A stretch of 64,000 nt of DNA, from assembly GCA_034669905.1 (NCBI GenBank), contig JAXMOL010000001.1, forward strand, positions 128,001 through 192,000, given 5' to 3'. The notes beneath the pieces were generated by a model. The model had not been told where the DNA came from. It searched no databases and worked only from the letters and a program-made list of their open reading frames with translations. The DNA is from Candidatus Hydrogenedentota bacterium. Its GTDB lineage: Bacteria > Hydrogenedentota > Hydrogenedentia > Hydrogenedentales > JAEUWI01. The position numbers and the translations under genes were made by a program. Below are positions 1-9,257 of this stretch, one piece after another (positions within the stretch are counted from its first letter, which is position 1; every line of letters starts with the position of its first letter).

Positions 1-319
1 CGACGTCATGTATCTCGATGGGGAAGAGTTCCACTCGGGAGGCCCGGTCACGGGACGAAGCCGCACCTGGCCCCATCGCAAGGTCCACGCCGCCTCTCCC
101 GCCTGGCAGGAAGAATTGCTCCAAACCGTGGTGATGGACGGCAAGCGGATCCACGAATCGCCGCCTATTGCCGACATACGCGCCCGGGCCCTGGCCCAGA
201 TCGCCGCCTTGCCCGAGGAGTTCAAACGGATGCGTAATCCGCAGATTTACGACGTCATGCTCTCCGAATCCCTGGGGCAGCTGAAGGATTCGATGCTGAG
301 CAATCCCGACCTGGCGTGA
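1..319 (+). CDS. pncB: Nicotinate phosphoribosyltransferase, C-terminal part (5' truncated by window edge)
   Basis: C-terminus 'LLQTVVMDGKRIHESPPIADIRARALAQIAALPEEFKRMRNPQIYDVMLSESL' resembles the NAPRTase C-terminal domain; lies upstream of nadE. Confidence 0.75.
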   Translation, partial: DVMYLDGEEFHSGGPVTGRSRTWPHRKVHAASPAWQEELLQTVVMDGKRIHESPPIADIRARALAQIAALPEEFKRMRNPQIYDVMLSESLGQLKDSMLSNPDLA

Positions 320-428
320 AGTGCGTTCGGGGACGATGGGGGAGCTCGCGGGAATTTGTGGTCCTGAACGCGCTATACTTCCGGGGTAAAAACCTTTCCC
401 CAACGACCCGATTTGAGACCTGTACCCG

Positions 429-1022
429 ATGGAATCCCAATTACTTTTTCGTGAGGACCAGCGCTTTCGTAGCCCTTTTCTCTGGATCCCCCTCTTCGGG
501 GCCACTGCGTTTTGCTGCGGCACCATCCTCTGGATGGTTCAGCGTCAGGTCATTCAAGACATCCCCTTCGGGGAAGACGCCATGTCGAACAGCCAGATGC
601 TGCTTCTCGGCGGCGCCATCATTCTGCTTGATCTCTTGTTTCTCGGCTTTATGGCCTCGCTGAAACTACAAACCGAAGTCACGACAGAAGGTCTGTTCAT
701 CCGTTTCTGGCCCCTTCACCGGAAGACCCGCCTCATCGATATGGAAGACGTGGCCTCCATTGGTGCCGTCGAATACCGCCCTGCCATGGAATATGGCGGG
801 TGGGGTATCCGCTATGGGCGAAACGGCCGGGCCTACAACGTCACCGGCAACCTCGGTGTCCGCATTGACTACGGCAGTGGCTACCACCTCCTTATTGGCA
901 CCTGCCACCCCCAGGAGCTGGAAGCCGCCCTCGTGGCCATGATGGCAGCCCAGGGCAAAGAAGCGGTGCCGTCGGACGACGTGCCGGAGCTTGATGCCAG
1001 CGAAGGCCCCGACGAAGCATAA
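429..1022 (+). CDS. Membrane protein, DUF6141/bacterial PH-like family
   Basis: Two TM segments followed by 'EYGGWGIRYG...AYNVTGNLGVRI...LLIGT' motif. Confidence 0.6.
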   Translation: MESQLLFREDQRFRSPFLWIPLFGATAFCCGTILWMVQRQVIQDIPFGEDAMSNSQMLLLGGAIILLDLLFLGFMASLKLQTEVTTEGLFIRFWPLHRKTRLIDMEDVASIGAVEYRPAMEYGGWGIRYGRNGRAYNVTGNLGVRIDYGSGYHLLIGTCHPQELEAALVAMMAAQGKEAVPSDDVPELDASEGPDEA

Positions 1023-1068
1023 GCCGTGCGCCCGGGGGCGCATTTGAACATTTCGGAGAAGAGGACCC

Positions 1069-2994
1069 ATGCAACTGGTGCGAATCGGAACGGCCGCGGT
1101 TTCCGTCAAGGTAGGCGACTTCGCCTGGAATGCGGGTCGCCTTCGTGCGGCCATTGAAGCGGCGCGGGAACAGGGCGTTCACCTCCTGGTCACCCCCGAG
1201 CTGGCTATCTCGGGCTACAGCCTGGAAGACCGCGTCAGTTGGACGGATATCACCCGTCACAGCTGGGCCACCCTCGTGGAACTGGCGGAGCACTGCCACG
1301 ACATCGCCGTGGTCATCGGGCTCCCGGTTCGGGTCGGCCCTCTGATCTACAACGCGGCCGCCCTGGTGGCCGGTGGCAAGGTGCAGGGCCTGGTCCTGAA
1401 GCGCCACCTCCCGATGTACAGCATCTTCTACGAAGGCCGCAACTACACGGCCTGGACCGGTGGCACCACGACCATCAACGGCGTGCCCGCAGGCGATCTC
1501 ATCTTTGACCTGCCCTTTGGCATGGTTTCTGCCGAAATCTGCGAAGACCTCTGGTCCCCCAATTCTCCCGCGCGGGAGCGGGTACGGGCCGGTGCGGAAA
1601 TCATCTGCAACCCCAGTGCCTCACCTTTCATCCCCGGAAAGAATGAAGAGCGCAAGCGCCTCGTTCACCAAGCCGCTTCCGGCCTCAAGGCAGTCTATGC
1701 CTATGCCAACCTGCTGGGCTGCGACAACAGCCGCCTCATCTTCGATGGCGGGGGCCTGGTAGCCGACCCCGAAGGCCTGGTCGCCGAAGGGCGCATACTC
1801 AGCAAACACTCCTGGTCGGTCAGCAGCGGGGTCGTCGATTTGGACAACCTGGCCCGGATTCGGGGTGAAAACACGACGTGGCGGGAAGGCAACACCTTCG
1901 ACGAAGAGAACGCCCGCATCAAGGTCATCCCCGTCGAGATGCCCTTCACCCCCGCCCCGGTTTCGGCCTATGCTGACCAGCTCCCCGACAATTTCTATGT
2001 ACCCACCCTGACCGAACGACGCGCCGACCGAAACCCCTATCTCGACGATCTCTTTGATGCCCTCGTCCTGGGACTGCGCGACTATTTTGAGAAGGTGGGT
2101 GTCTTCGAACGATTCATCATCGCCTTGTCCGGCGGGCGGGATAGTGCCCTGTGCCTCCTTATGGCGGTGGAAGCCGCGAAAGCGCTGGAGGAAGGGCGTA
2201 AGGCCGATGCGTATGCCAAACGCATCAATACGGTCTACCTGCCTAATTCGAAATTCAGCAGCAGCGGCACAGAAAACGCCGCCCGGGATCTGGCCGAAGA
2301 ACTGGGCGTGCCCTTCCAGGTCGTGAGTATCGATGATGAGTCCCGCATTGCCTTGGAGAAACAGATCGAACTCCTGGGCGACAAATCGGCTATCCACCAC
2401 CTCGCCAAGCAGAATCTACAGGCCCGCGTCCGGGGCAATATGATTCTCAACTGGGCCAACAGTGCCGGCGGCCTGGTGCTGGTAACCTCCAACCTGAGCG
2501 AGATGGGCGTGGGCTACAGCACCACGGGCGGGGATAACCAGGGCGGTTACTCCCCCATCGCCAACGTGCCTAAGACCCTCGTTTCGGAGCTCCTCGACTA
2601 CATTTCCAAGCGGGACGGCATACAATCGCTGCAAGACGTGTTGGCCATGCCGCCCAGTGCGGAGTTGGCCCCCGACCAGCAGGACGAAACGGATCTCATG
2701 CCTTATCCCGTGCTGGACGACTTGCTCTACCTCTATGCCCGTCGCCGCATGTCTCTCGTGGATTGCTGGCGGGTGTTATGCACCCGTCATGAAGCCTATG
2801 ATGCCGAAGATCTCCGCTCGTGGGCACGGGACTTCGCGGTTCGCTTTTCCGCGAATCAGTGGAAACGGGACCAGCACCCGGTGGCGCTCAAAGTCATGGA
2901 CCTGGATCTGGATCCCAAGACGGGCTTCCGCTTCCCCGTGACCCAGAGCATTCAGTATGAGCTGGATGAGCTGAAAGACGCCCCGCGGGACTGA
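1069..2994 (+). CDS. nadE: Glutamine-dependent NAD+ synthetase
   Basis: N-terminal nitrilase/CN-hydrolase domain (PEL, K, EICEDLW) plus synthetase domain with SGGRDS, QNLQAR, PPSAEL..DQ.DE; AAGGA RBS. Confidence 0.95.
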   Translation: MQLVRIGTAAVSVKVGDFAWNAGRLRAAIEAAREQGVHLLVTPELAISGYSLEDRVSWTDITRHSWATLVELAEHCHDIAVVIGLPVRVGPLIYNAAALVAGGKVQGLVLKRHLPMYSIFYEGRNYTAWTGGTTTINGVPAGDLIFDLPFGMVSAEICEDLWSPNSPARERVRAGAEIICNPSASPFIPGKNEERKRLVHQAASGLKAVYAYANLLGCDNSRLIFDGGGLVADPEGLVAEGRILSKHSWSVSSGVVDLDNLARIRGENTTWREGNTFDEENARIKVIPVEMPFTPAPVSAYADQLPDNFYVPTLTERRADRNPYLDDLFDALVLGLRDYFEKVGVFERFIIALSGGRDSALCLLMAVEAAKALEEGRKADAYAKRINTVYLPNSKFSSSGTENAARDLAEELGVPFQVVSIDDESRIALEKQIELLGDKSAIHHLAKQNLQARVRGNMILNWANSAGGLVLVTSNLSEMGVGYSTTGGDNQGGYSPIANVPKTLVSELLDYISKRDGIQSLQDVLAMPPSAELAPDQQDETDLMPYPVLDDLLYLYARRRMSLVDCWRVLCTRHEAYDAEDLRSWARDFAVRFSANQWKRDQHPVALKVMDLDLDPKTGFRFPVTQSIQYELDELKDAPRD

Positions 2995-3016
2995 GCGAAA
3001 GGGGGCGGGTCCTTTT

Positions 3017-3376
3017 TCAGCTGAAGAAGGACACGATACCGTAGATGAAGAAGAATATCACCAGGAGGATGGCGATACAGCCACTCGCGCAGCAGCCCCG
3101 TCCATCGGTGTTGATGTTGTCGATACGGACACTGCGTCCCCAGACCTGATCGCCCGTTGCGGGTCCCTGGGCCTGGGGGTTGAAAAAGGGATCTTCTTCG
3201 TAGCGAAGGGTTTCTTCCTCGTCGCCCACGGCCTCGGCGTGCACTTCAATCACCTGGGCCGACGCGGGTACGGGGACCGTGTTAGACGCGCCGCACTGGG
3301 GGCAGATAACGATTTGGCCCGCCAGTTCTTCGGGGGCCTCCAGGAGGGCCTGGCACTGTGAACAAACTACTTCCAT
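3017..3376 (-). CDS. Zinc-ribbon domain protein with C-terminal TM helix
   Basis: CSQC...CPQC pair at N-terminus, hydrophobic C-terminus. Confidence 0.7.
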   Translation of the reverse strand: MEVVCSQCQALLEAPEELAGQIVICPQCGASNTVPVPASAQVIEVHAEAVGDEEETLRYEEDPFFNPQAQGPATGDQVWGRSVRIDNINTDGRGCCASGCIAILLVIFFFIYGIVSFFS

Positions 3377-3519
3377 GAATACATTCTCTTGGTTTAATAA
3401 CTAAGCCAGCCCCCGCGCATTAGACTATTCGCGGAGACCGGCTGTGTATTTCAATCCGAGGTGCCAAAGCACCGGCTCTGTAAGCTACCACAACGGGCAG
3501 GGGTTTATTCACCCTCGTG

Positions 3520-5220
3520 TCAGCTTCCGGGGGGCGTATTGTCGTAGCCATCCACCCGGAAGGACTGACCACCTGTCGTGCTGTAGATGCTGTTATCAAT
3601 ATAAACCGTGCTGAAAAGCGGGTCGGTTTCACCCAGCAGACTGTCGTAGGTAACCCGTAGCAAGGGGCCGAACGTGCCAAAGGGTATAGGGTTCCCGGGA
3701 CTCTCGAAAAAGAGGGTCACGCCCCCGTTCTCCGTATCGGGCGTCTCGGTCATGGTCCACCCGGCAAAGAGCCCGTCATTGTCCCCATCCACCGCGCTTA
3801 CCGTGAATCCCGTGTCGCTGTTCAGGTAGATGCTGAACTGGCGAATGAAGCGCGGTACGTAGTCGGCACGCAGGAAAACCGTGGTCGCCGTCTCACTGTC
3901 GGACGTCACAAAGCGCAGCCGGCCTTCCAGGACCCCGTTACCTGCGTAGCGGGTGGGCACAAAGTTGTCGGTGGCCGTATAGCTCACCGAGTCCCCCCGG
4001 AGGCTCAGGGTAAAACCGGGCATGAAGGGGTTGGCATCCCGCGCGAGGGAGGCCCACCGGATGGTGTATTGACCATCCAAATCCTGCACGATACGTTGGA
4101 AGGAGCTGTCCAACTCCGAGACGGACTCGGCGCTGAAGAGCATGCCCTCCGTGCGGGAGGTTAACTCCTGCAAGTCGGTCGCCAGCCCACCCGTTCCGAA
4201 ATTGATGGCGTAGATGCGCACGCCCCGGTTCGTCGCGAGATTCACCACGTCGTTGGTCGTGGCCACACTGGAGGTGTCATTGCCATCGGTGAAGATGATG
4301 ATATAGCGGTCTTCCTCCACCACCGAGCCCGCAGCAAAGGAACCCGCGGCGTCGAGCACCGCATCAAACATGCGGGAGGCGGCGGAGAATCCCTGCACCA
4401 CCTCGGATTGAATGGCGTCAATACGCTCCCGGGTATAGGCCCGATCCACGGTGAAGGGCACCACCTGGGTCGCCTGAAAATCTTCCCGGTGGAATTCGGT
4501 CACGCTAACCAGCGCATCTTCGTTGAGGGACGAGAGCAACGTGTCTTTCGCCGCCGCTTCCATGGCCGCAATGGCGCCATTGGTGGACTGCATGGAGAGG
4601 GTGTAGTCGAGCACCAGGGCCACCTTGAGCTGTCGGGCCGTGCCCCGCTGAATATGTACACCGGTCTCACTGCCTACTGCCCGGGAGCCTTCCCGGGCCG
4701 ACACAAAGAATTGCCCCGGATCCCGGACCACAGCATTGCCATCGGCATCGTGGAGCGAAAAGGCGAAGTCAATCAGATAAGGGGAAGAAAAGAGGACGAA
4801 AGGATTCACCACATTGAGGGTGTCCGTATTGCCATCCGTGTCCTGGGTAACCGTGACGGCCACTTCCTCGGTGACGATGCCGGGCGCGGCAAAGACGATA
4901 CTGCCCGTATGTTGCCCTGCCGTGAGCCGGCTCCGGTTGATAGACACCTGGACGGTCTGCCGGTTATTGGGCCCCGTACTGGTGACGGAGCCGGTATTCA
5001 CGATGATCCAGGACGCCGACGGTGTCACCGAAAGGGTGAGGGAATCCACATTGGGGTTGTCATTCCAAACCTCAAGGAACCGGGGCAACTGGCTGCGCTC
5101 GAAATCGAGGCTCGTGTTGGAAAAGGCAATGGCCTCCTGGGGCTCCGGCGGACAGCCGGCAATAAACAGGCCGAAGGAAAGCATCAAAACCACGTTGGCA
5201 ACTCGCATCAATGACGACAT
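3520..5220 (-). CDS. Lipoprotein with BACON/Ig-like domain and von Willebrand A domain
   Basis: Start moved to ATG 5220 (GAAAGGGG RBS); lipobox FIAGC; VWA motifs LVLDYTLSM and IIIFTDGND. Confidence 0.8.
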   Translation of the reverse strand: MSSLMRVANVVLMLSFGLFIAGCPPEPQEAIAFSNTSLDFERSQLPRFLEVWNDNPNVDSLTLSVTPSASWIIVNTGSVTSTGPNNRQTVQVSINRSRLTAGQHTGSIVFAAPGIVTEEVAVTVTQDTDGNTDTLNVVNPFVLFSSPYLIDFAFSLHDADGNAVVRDPGQFFVSAREGSRAVGSETGVHIQRGTARQLKVALVLDYTLSMQSTNGAIAAMEAAAKDTLLSSLNEDALVSVTEFHREDFQATQVVPFTVDRAYTRERIDAIQSEVVQGFSAASRMFDAVLDAAGSFAAGSVVEEDRYIIIFTDGNDTSSVATTNDVVNLATNRGVRIYAINFGTGGLATDLQELTSRTEGMLFSAESVSELDSSFQRIVQDLDGQYTIRWASLARDANPFMPGFTLSLRGDSVSYTATDNFVPTRYAGNGVLEGRLRFVTSDSETATTVFLRADYVPRFIRQFSIYLNSDTGFTVSAVDGDNDGLFAGWTMTETPDTENGGVTLFFESPGNPIPFGTFGPLLRVTYDSLLGETDPLFSTVYIDNSIYSTTGGQSFRVDGYDNTPPGS

Positions 5221-5641
5221 GAACACCCCTTTCTCTGGGAATACCGGCCCAACCGCAGACCACGTCATTATAGAGCAGCCTCCGCCTGGATAGCCACGCA
5301 GGTGGCTGGTCTCTATTCTACCCTTTCCCACGCGTTTCGTTGCTTTTTCCCGCACTGGCTCGGTATACTACCCGGACTTGATTTTGGAGGAAAGTATTCA
5401 AAATCAACGGGTCCGGGTTCCCGCGTGGTCACTATGACTCACGTCAGATACGGGGACAGACCCGGGCAGGAAGGCACGCCCTCTCTCTCACAACCCCTTA
5501 ACTCTCAATTGGTTAGGTGTGGAGTAGTGTGCAACCTTCCCGCTCAGGCTATCATTCATCGTTACCGGTGTGGTTCCTATTCTGCTCACGCAGCGGGCCC
5601 CCCACCACCAACCCGCAGTCAGCTGGAAGAAGGTTTTCGCC

Positions 5642-6658
5642 ATGATTATCATAATGGCCTCTCGCGAAAAAAAGGATGTCGACCACGTAGTGGAGAAGGT
5701 CGAAGCCTTCGGATATCGCGCCCATATCATTGAAGGGGTGGAGCGGACTGTGGTTGCTGCGGTCGGCGACGAACGGGGTAAAGAACGCCTCCATGCACTG
5801 GAGAGCCTGGCCCACGTGGAACAGGTCGTCCCCATCCTCAAGCCCTACAAACTGGCCGGTCTGCAGGTCAAAGCAGAGCGCTCGGTCGTCTCCTGCGGCT
5901 CCGTGAAAATCGGCGGCGGCAACTTTTGCATCGTCGGCGGCCCGTGCTCGGTAGAATCCCGCGAGCAGATCCTCGAAACGGCGGAAATCTGCAAGAATGC
6001 CGGGGCGAATATTCTCCGAGGCGGTGCCTACAAGCCCCGCACCTCGCCCTACAGCTTCCAGGGCATGGAAGAAGAAGGCCTCATCCTCCTCGAAGAAGCC
6101 GGCAAGGCCTTCGATATGCCTGTGGTGACGGAAGTCATGACCGTGGAACAGGTTCCGTTGGTAGAGAAGCACGCCGACATGTTCCAGATCGGTGCCCGTA
6201 ACATGCAGAACTTCGGATTACTCAAGGCCGTGGGCAAGTCCCGCAAGCCGGTCTTCCTGAAGCGTGGCATGATGTCCACCATCCAGGAATTCCTCATGTC
6301 CGCCGAATACATCATGTCGGAAGGCAACCCCAACGTGGTCCTCTGCGAACGGGGTATCCGTACCTTCGAAACCGAGACCCGAAACACCCTCGACATCCAG
6401 GCGGTGCCCGTGCTGCAGAAGCACACCCACCTGCCTGTGGTCATCGACCCCAGCCACGCCGCCGGGCAGTGGGACCTGGTCGCACCGATGTCGAAGGCCT
6501 CCGTTGCCGCCGGTGCCGATGGCCTGATGATCGAAGTACACCCCCGTCCGGAAGAAGCCTTCTCCGACGGCCCCCAGTCGCTCAAGCCCCAGCGCTTCGT
6601 CGATCTGGTAAACGACCTGAAGCCCTTCCTGGAACTCATGGGCCAGAAAGTCAGTTAA
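5642..6658 (+). CDS. aroF: DAHP synthase type I-beta with N-terminal ACT-like regulatory domain
   Basis: GPCSVES, RGGAYKPRTSPYSFQG, IGARNMQNF, LCERGIRTFE, DPSH motifs; start at ATG 5642 after GAAGG. Confidence 0.95.
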   Translation: MIIIMASREKKDVDHVVEKVEAFGYRAHIIEGVERTVVAAVGDERGKERLHALESLAHVEQVVPILKPYKLAGLQVKAERSVVSCGSVKIGGGNFCIVGGPCSVESREQILETAEICKNAGANILRGGAYKPRTSPYSFQGMEEEGLILLEEAGKAFDMPVVTEVMTVEQVPLVEKHADMFQIGARNMQNFGLLKAVGKSRKPVFLKRGMMSTIQEFLMSAEYIMSEGNPNVVLCERGIRTFETETRNTLDIQAVPVLQKHTHLPVVIDPSHAAGQWDLVAPMSKASVAAGADGLMIEVHPRPEEAFSDGPQSLKPQRFVDLVNDLKPFLELMGQKVS

Positions 6659-6767
6659 TTCCCCTTAGTTTTTGTTAGAATACCGCGGCAGCGGGCCATA
6701 GCGTCCGCTGCCCTTTTTGTTCCACTCCATACGGTAGTTGTTTACAACCAGCTAAGCGATTTATATC

Positions 6768-7973
6768 ATGGCACCTGCAGATGAAGAGACGGACGTAACA
6801 TCGGAATCCATCGACGATGAAGTCGCATCCCCCGAAGAGGTGGTAGCGGACGAGGCAGGCGTCTCCGAAGAAGCAGACGGGCTCGACGAGTCCGACGAGT
6901 CCGACGAGTCCGACGAGTCTGATGACGCCGATGACGCCGATGACGCCGGTGAAGCCGACGAGTCCGATGAGTCCGATGAGTCCGATGAGTCCGATGAGTC
7001 CGATGAGTCCGACGAGTCCGACGAGTCCGACGAGTCCGACGAGTCCGATGAGTCCGACGAGTCCGACGAGTCCGACGAGTCCGATGAGTCCGATGAGGCC
7101 GATGAGTCCGACGAGGCCGATGAGTCCGACGAGGCCGATGAGTCCGATGAGTCCGATGAGTCCGATGAGGCCGATGAGGCCGATGAGGCCGATGAGTCCG
7201 ATGAGGCCGATGAGGCCGATGAGTCCGATGAGTCCGATGAGTCCGATGAGGCCGATGAGTCCGATGAGGCCGATGAGTCCGATGAGTCCGACGAGTCCGA
7301 CGAGTCTGATGACGCCGATGAGGCCGACGAGTCTGATGACGCCGATGAGTCTGATGCAGCAACCAAGACCACTGCTGCGGACGAGGCAGAAGACGAAGAC
7401 ACGATGGACGGCGATGTAGACGACGAAGAGCCGGAGGAGCTGGGTCGGGACGAAATGCGTCAGGCCCTCTACGCGCTTCTTTTCGCGAGTGACCGTCCGA
7501 TGAACGCCACCCGTCTGGCAGAAGCAATCGCCGATGAGATGGATCCCGAAGTGGTGACTATGATCATCGAAGAGCTCCGGGACGATATCAACGGCCGCGA
7601 CGAGCTCCCCTATTTTCTGAAGGAAATCGGCGGTGGCTACCAGTTGATGACCAAATCGGCCTATGCGCCTTTCATCCGTCGCCTTTACCAGATCAAAAAG
7701 AGCAAACGGCTCTCCAAGGCCGTGTTGGAGACGCTGGCCATTATCGCCTACAAGCAGCCCACGACCCGTGCTGAAGTAGAGGCCATCCGTGGGGTAAGTG
7801 TCTCCCACGCCTTCGAGCAGCTCCAGGAAAAGCGCTTTATCAAAGTATCCGGCGTCGCCGACAGCCCGGGCCGCCCGAAACTCTACCGCACCACGGAAGA
7901 TTTTCTCCTGCAGTTTGGTATGGGCAGCTTGAAAGAGCTCCCCACCCTGGAAGAACTTCAGGAAATGCGCTAA
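6768..7973 (+). CDS. scpB: SMC-Scp complex subunit ScpB with long acidic N-terminal extension
   Basis: C-terminal half has GGYQL, LSKAVLETLAIIAYKQPTTRAEVEAIRGV, PGRPKLYRTT..FL..FG..SLKELP; next to rluB. Confidence 0.93.
   Translation: MAPADEETDVTSESIDDEVASPEEVVADEAGVSEEADGLDESDESDESDESDDADDADDAGEADESDESDESDESDESDESDESDESDESDESDESDESDESDESDESDEADESDEADESDEADESDESDESDEADEADEADESDEADEADESDESDESDEADESDEADESDESDESDESDDADEADESDDADESDAATKTTAADEAEDEDTMDGDVDDEEPEELGRDEMRQALYALLFASDRPMNATRLAEAIADEMDPEVVTMIIEELRDDINGRDELPYFLKEIGGGYQLMTKSAYAPFIRRLYQIKKSKRLSKAVLETLAIIAYKQPTTRAEVEAIRGVSVSHAFEQLQEKRFIKVSGVADSPGRPKLYRTTEDFLLQFGMGSLKELPTLEELQEMR
6885..7355 (+). repeat. In-frame 9-bp tandem repeat (GAYGAGTCC/GAYGAGGCC), about 52 units, encoding (DES/DEA/DDA)n
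   Basis: Directly visible tandem array inside scpB. Confidence 0.95.
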
Positions 7974-7976
7974 GCC

Positions 7977-8690
7977 GTGGAACGCCTCCAAAAATACCTG
8001 GCCCATTGCGGCGTCGCCTCCCGCAGAAACGCCGAAAAGCTTATCGAAGCCGGCCGGGTCACCGTCAACGGCGAAACGGCGACCTTGGGGTGCACCATTG
8101 AACCCCGCAATGACCTCGTCTTACTCGACGGGGAGCGGGTCGGCCGCGAGGCCCCGGTCTATGTGCTGCTCAACAAGCCTCCCGACGTGGTCACCACGGT
8201 CAAAGATACCCATGGCCGGGAAACCGTGCTGGATTGTCTCGAAGGGGTTTCAGCGCGGGTCTATCCGGTAGGTCGCCTGGACATGGATGTGGGCGGCGTC
8301 CTGCTGCTCACCAATGACGGCGAGCTTGCCAACCGACTCATCCACCCGAGCTACCAGATACCCAAGGTCTACCTGGCCTGGGTATGGGGACGGGTCGACG
8401 ACGAATCTCTCCAGCAGTTGCGTGACGGCGTGGAACTGGAAGATGGCAAAACGGCGCCGGCCCAGGCCCGCATCGTGGAGCGCGGTAAACGGCAGACCCT
8501 TCTTCGTCTCCAGATCCATGAAGGCAAAAAGCGGGAAGTAAAACGGATGTGTGATGCCGTGGGCCACCGGGTGGATACCATGAAACGCATCGTCTTCTGT
8601 GGCCTCCAGGTGCGCGATCTGGAGCCGGGTGAATGGCGCTACCTCACCGACGAAGAAGTCCAGGCCCTCCGGGACGCGACCGGCAGCTAG
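7977..8690 (+). CDS. rluB: Ribosomal RNA pseudouridine synthase (RluB/RsuA family)
   Basis: S4 domain RLQKYLAHCGVASRR, LLNKP, catalytic GRLD, EGKKREVKRM; GTG start. Confidence 0.9.
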   Translation: MERLQKYLAHCGVASRRNAEKLIEAGRVTVNGETATLGCTIEPRNDLVLLDGERVGREAPVYVLLNKPPDVVTTVKDTHGRETVLDCLEGVSARVYPVGRLDMDVGGVLLLTNDGELANRLIHPSYQIPKVYLAWVWGRVDDESLQQLRDGVELEDGKTAPAQARIVERGKRQTLLRLQIHEGKKREVKRMCDAVGHRVDTMKRIVFCGLQVRDLEPGEWRYLTDEEVQALRDATGS

Positions 8691-8825
8691 GCCCGGGACC
8701 GGCTCCGTGCCTCTCCGACCGTTGCGGATGACTTCTGGCAGTTTCTATTTCGCTTCGCTATAATCGGAGCATAGCGCTCCAACGCGCTGAGCGCCCATCT
8801 GGAAACCGCACGCGAAGGCCCCGCC

Positions 8826-9185
8826 ATGTTGAGCCCCGAAGACATTGAGCACTACAAGACATTGCTCCTCCAGCGCCAGCAGGAGATCTCGGACCAATTC
8901 TCTCAACTGGAGGAGATGTCTCAACCCGTCTCACCCGATCCCGCCATCGGGCGTCTGACCCGTCAGGACGCCATGCAGCAGCAACAAATGACCTTGGAGG
9001 CACGTCGCCGCCTCGAACTGCACGGCACCCAGTTGAAAACGGCACTCCAACGCATCAACGATCAAAAATTCGGGATATGCGTCCTCTGCAAGACGCCTAT
9101 CGCCACCGCCCGGCTTGAAATCGTCCCGGAATCCCCCCTCTGTGTCCCCTGCCTCGAAAAAAGAAGTAAGGAAAATCCCCGCTAG
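8826..9185 (+). CDS. TraR/DksA C4-type zinc finger protein
   Basis: GRLTRQDAMQQQ coiled coil, FGICVLC...IATARL...P...LCVPC. Confidence 0.9.
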   Translation: MLSPEDIEHYKTLLLQRQQEISDQFSQLEEMSQPVSPDPAIGRLTRQDAMQQQQMTLEARRRLELHGTQLKTALQRINDQKFGICVLCKTPIATARLEIVPESPLCVPCLEKRSKENPR

Positions 9186-9257
9186 TCGTCTTTACTATGT
9201 TCAGGTGACCCCGTTGTCACCTTGTTGCTATCCCCCGTCCTGAAGGAGTTGCCCACG

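Noticed and set aside
5290..5640. Attenuator leader peptide or RNA gene upstream of aroF
   Set aside because: No Phe/Tyr/Trp-rich short ORF, terminator or tRNA-like fold recognised
6885..7355. Possible CRISPR array
   Set aside because: 9-bp head-to-tail units with no unique spacers; no cas genes in the window
6675..8006. Long ORFs with (LIG)n, (SSD)n, (RTH)n and (MSP)n repeats
   Set aside because: Alternative-frame and antisense readings of the 9-bp repeat inside scpB; only the DES frame joins a recognisable domain
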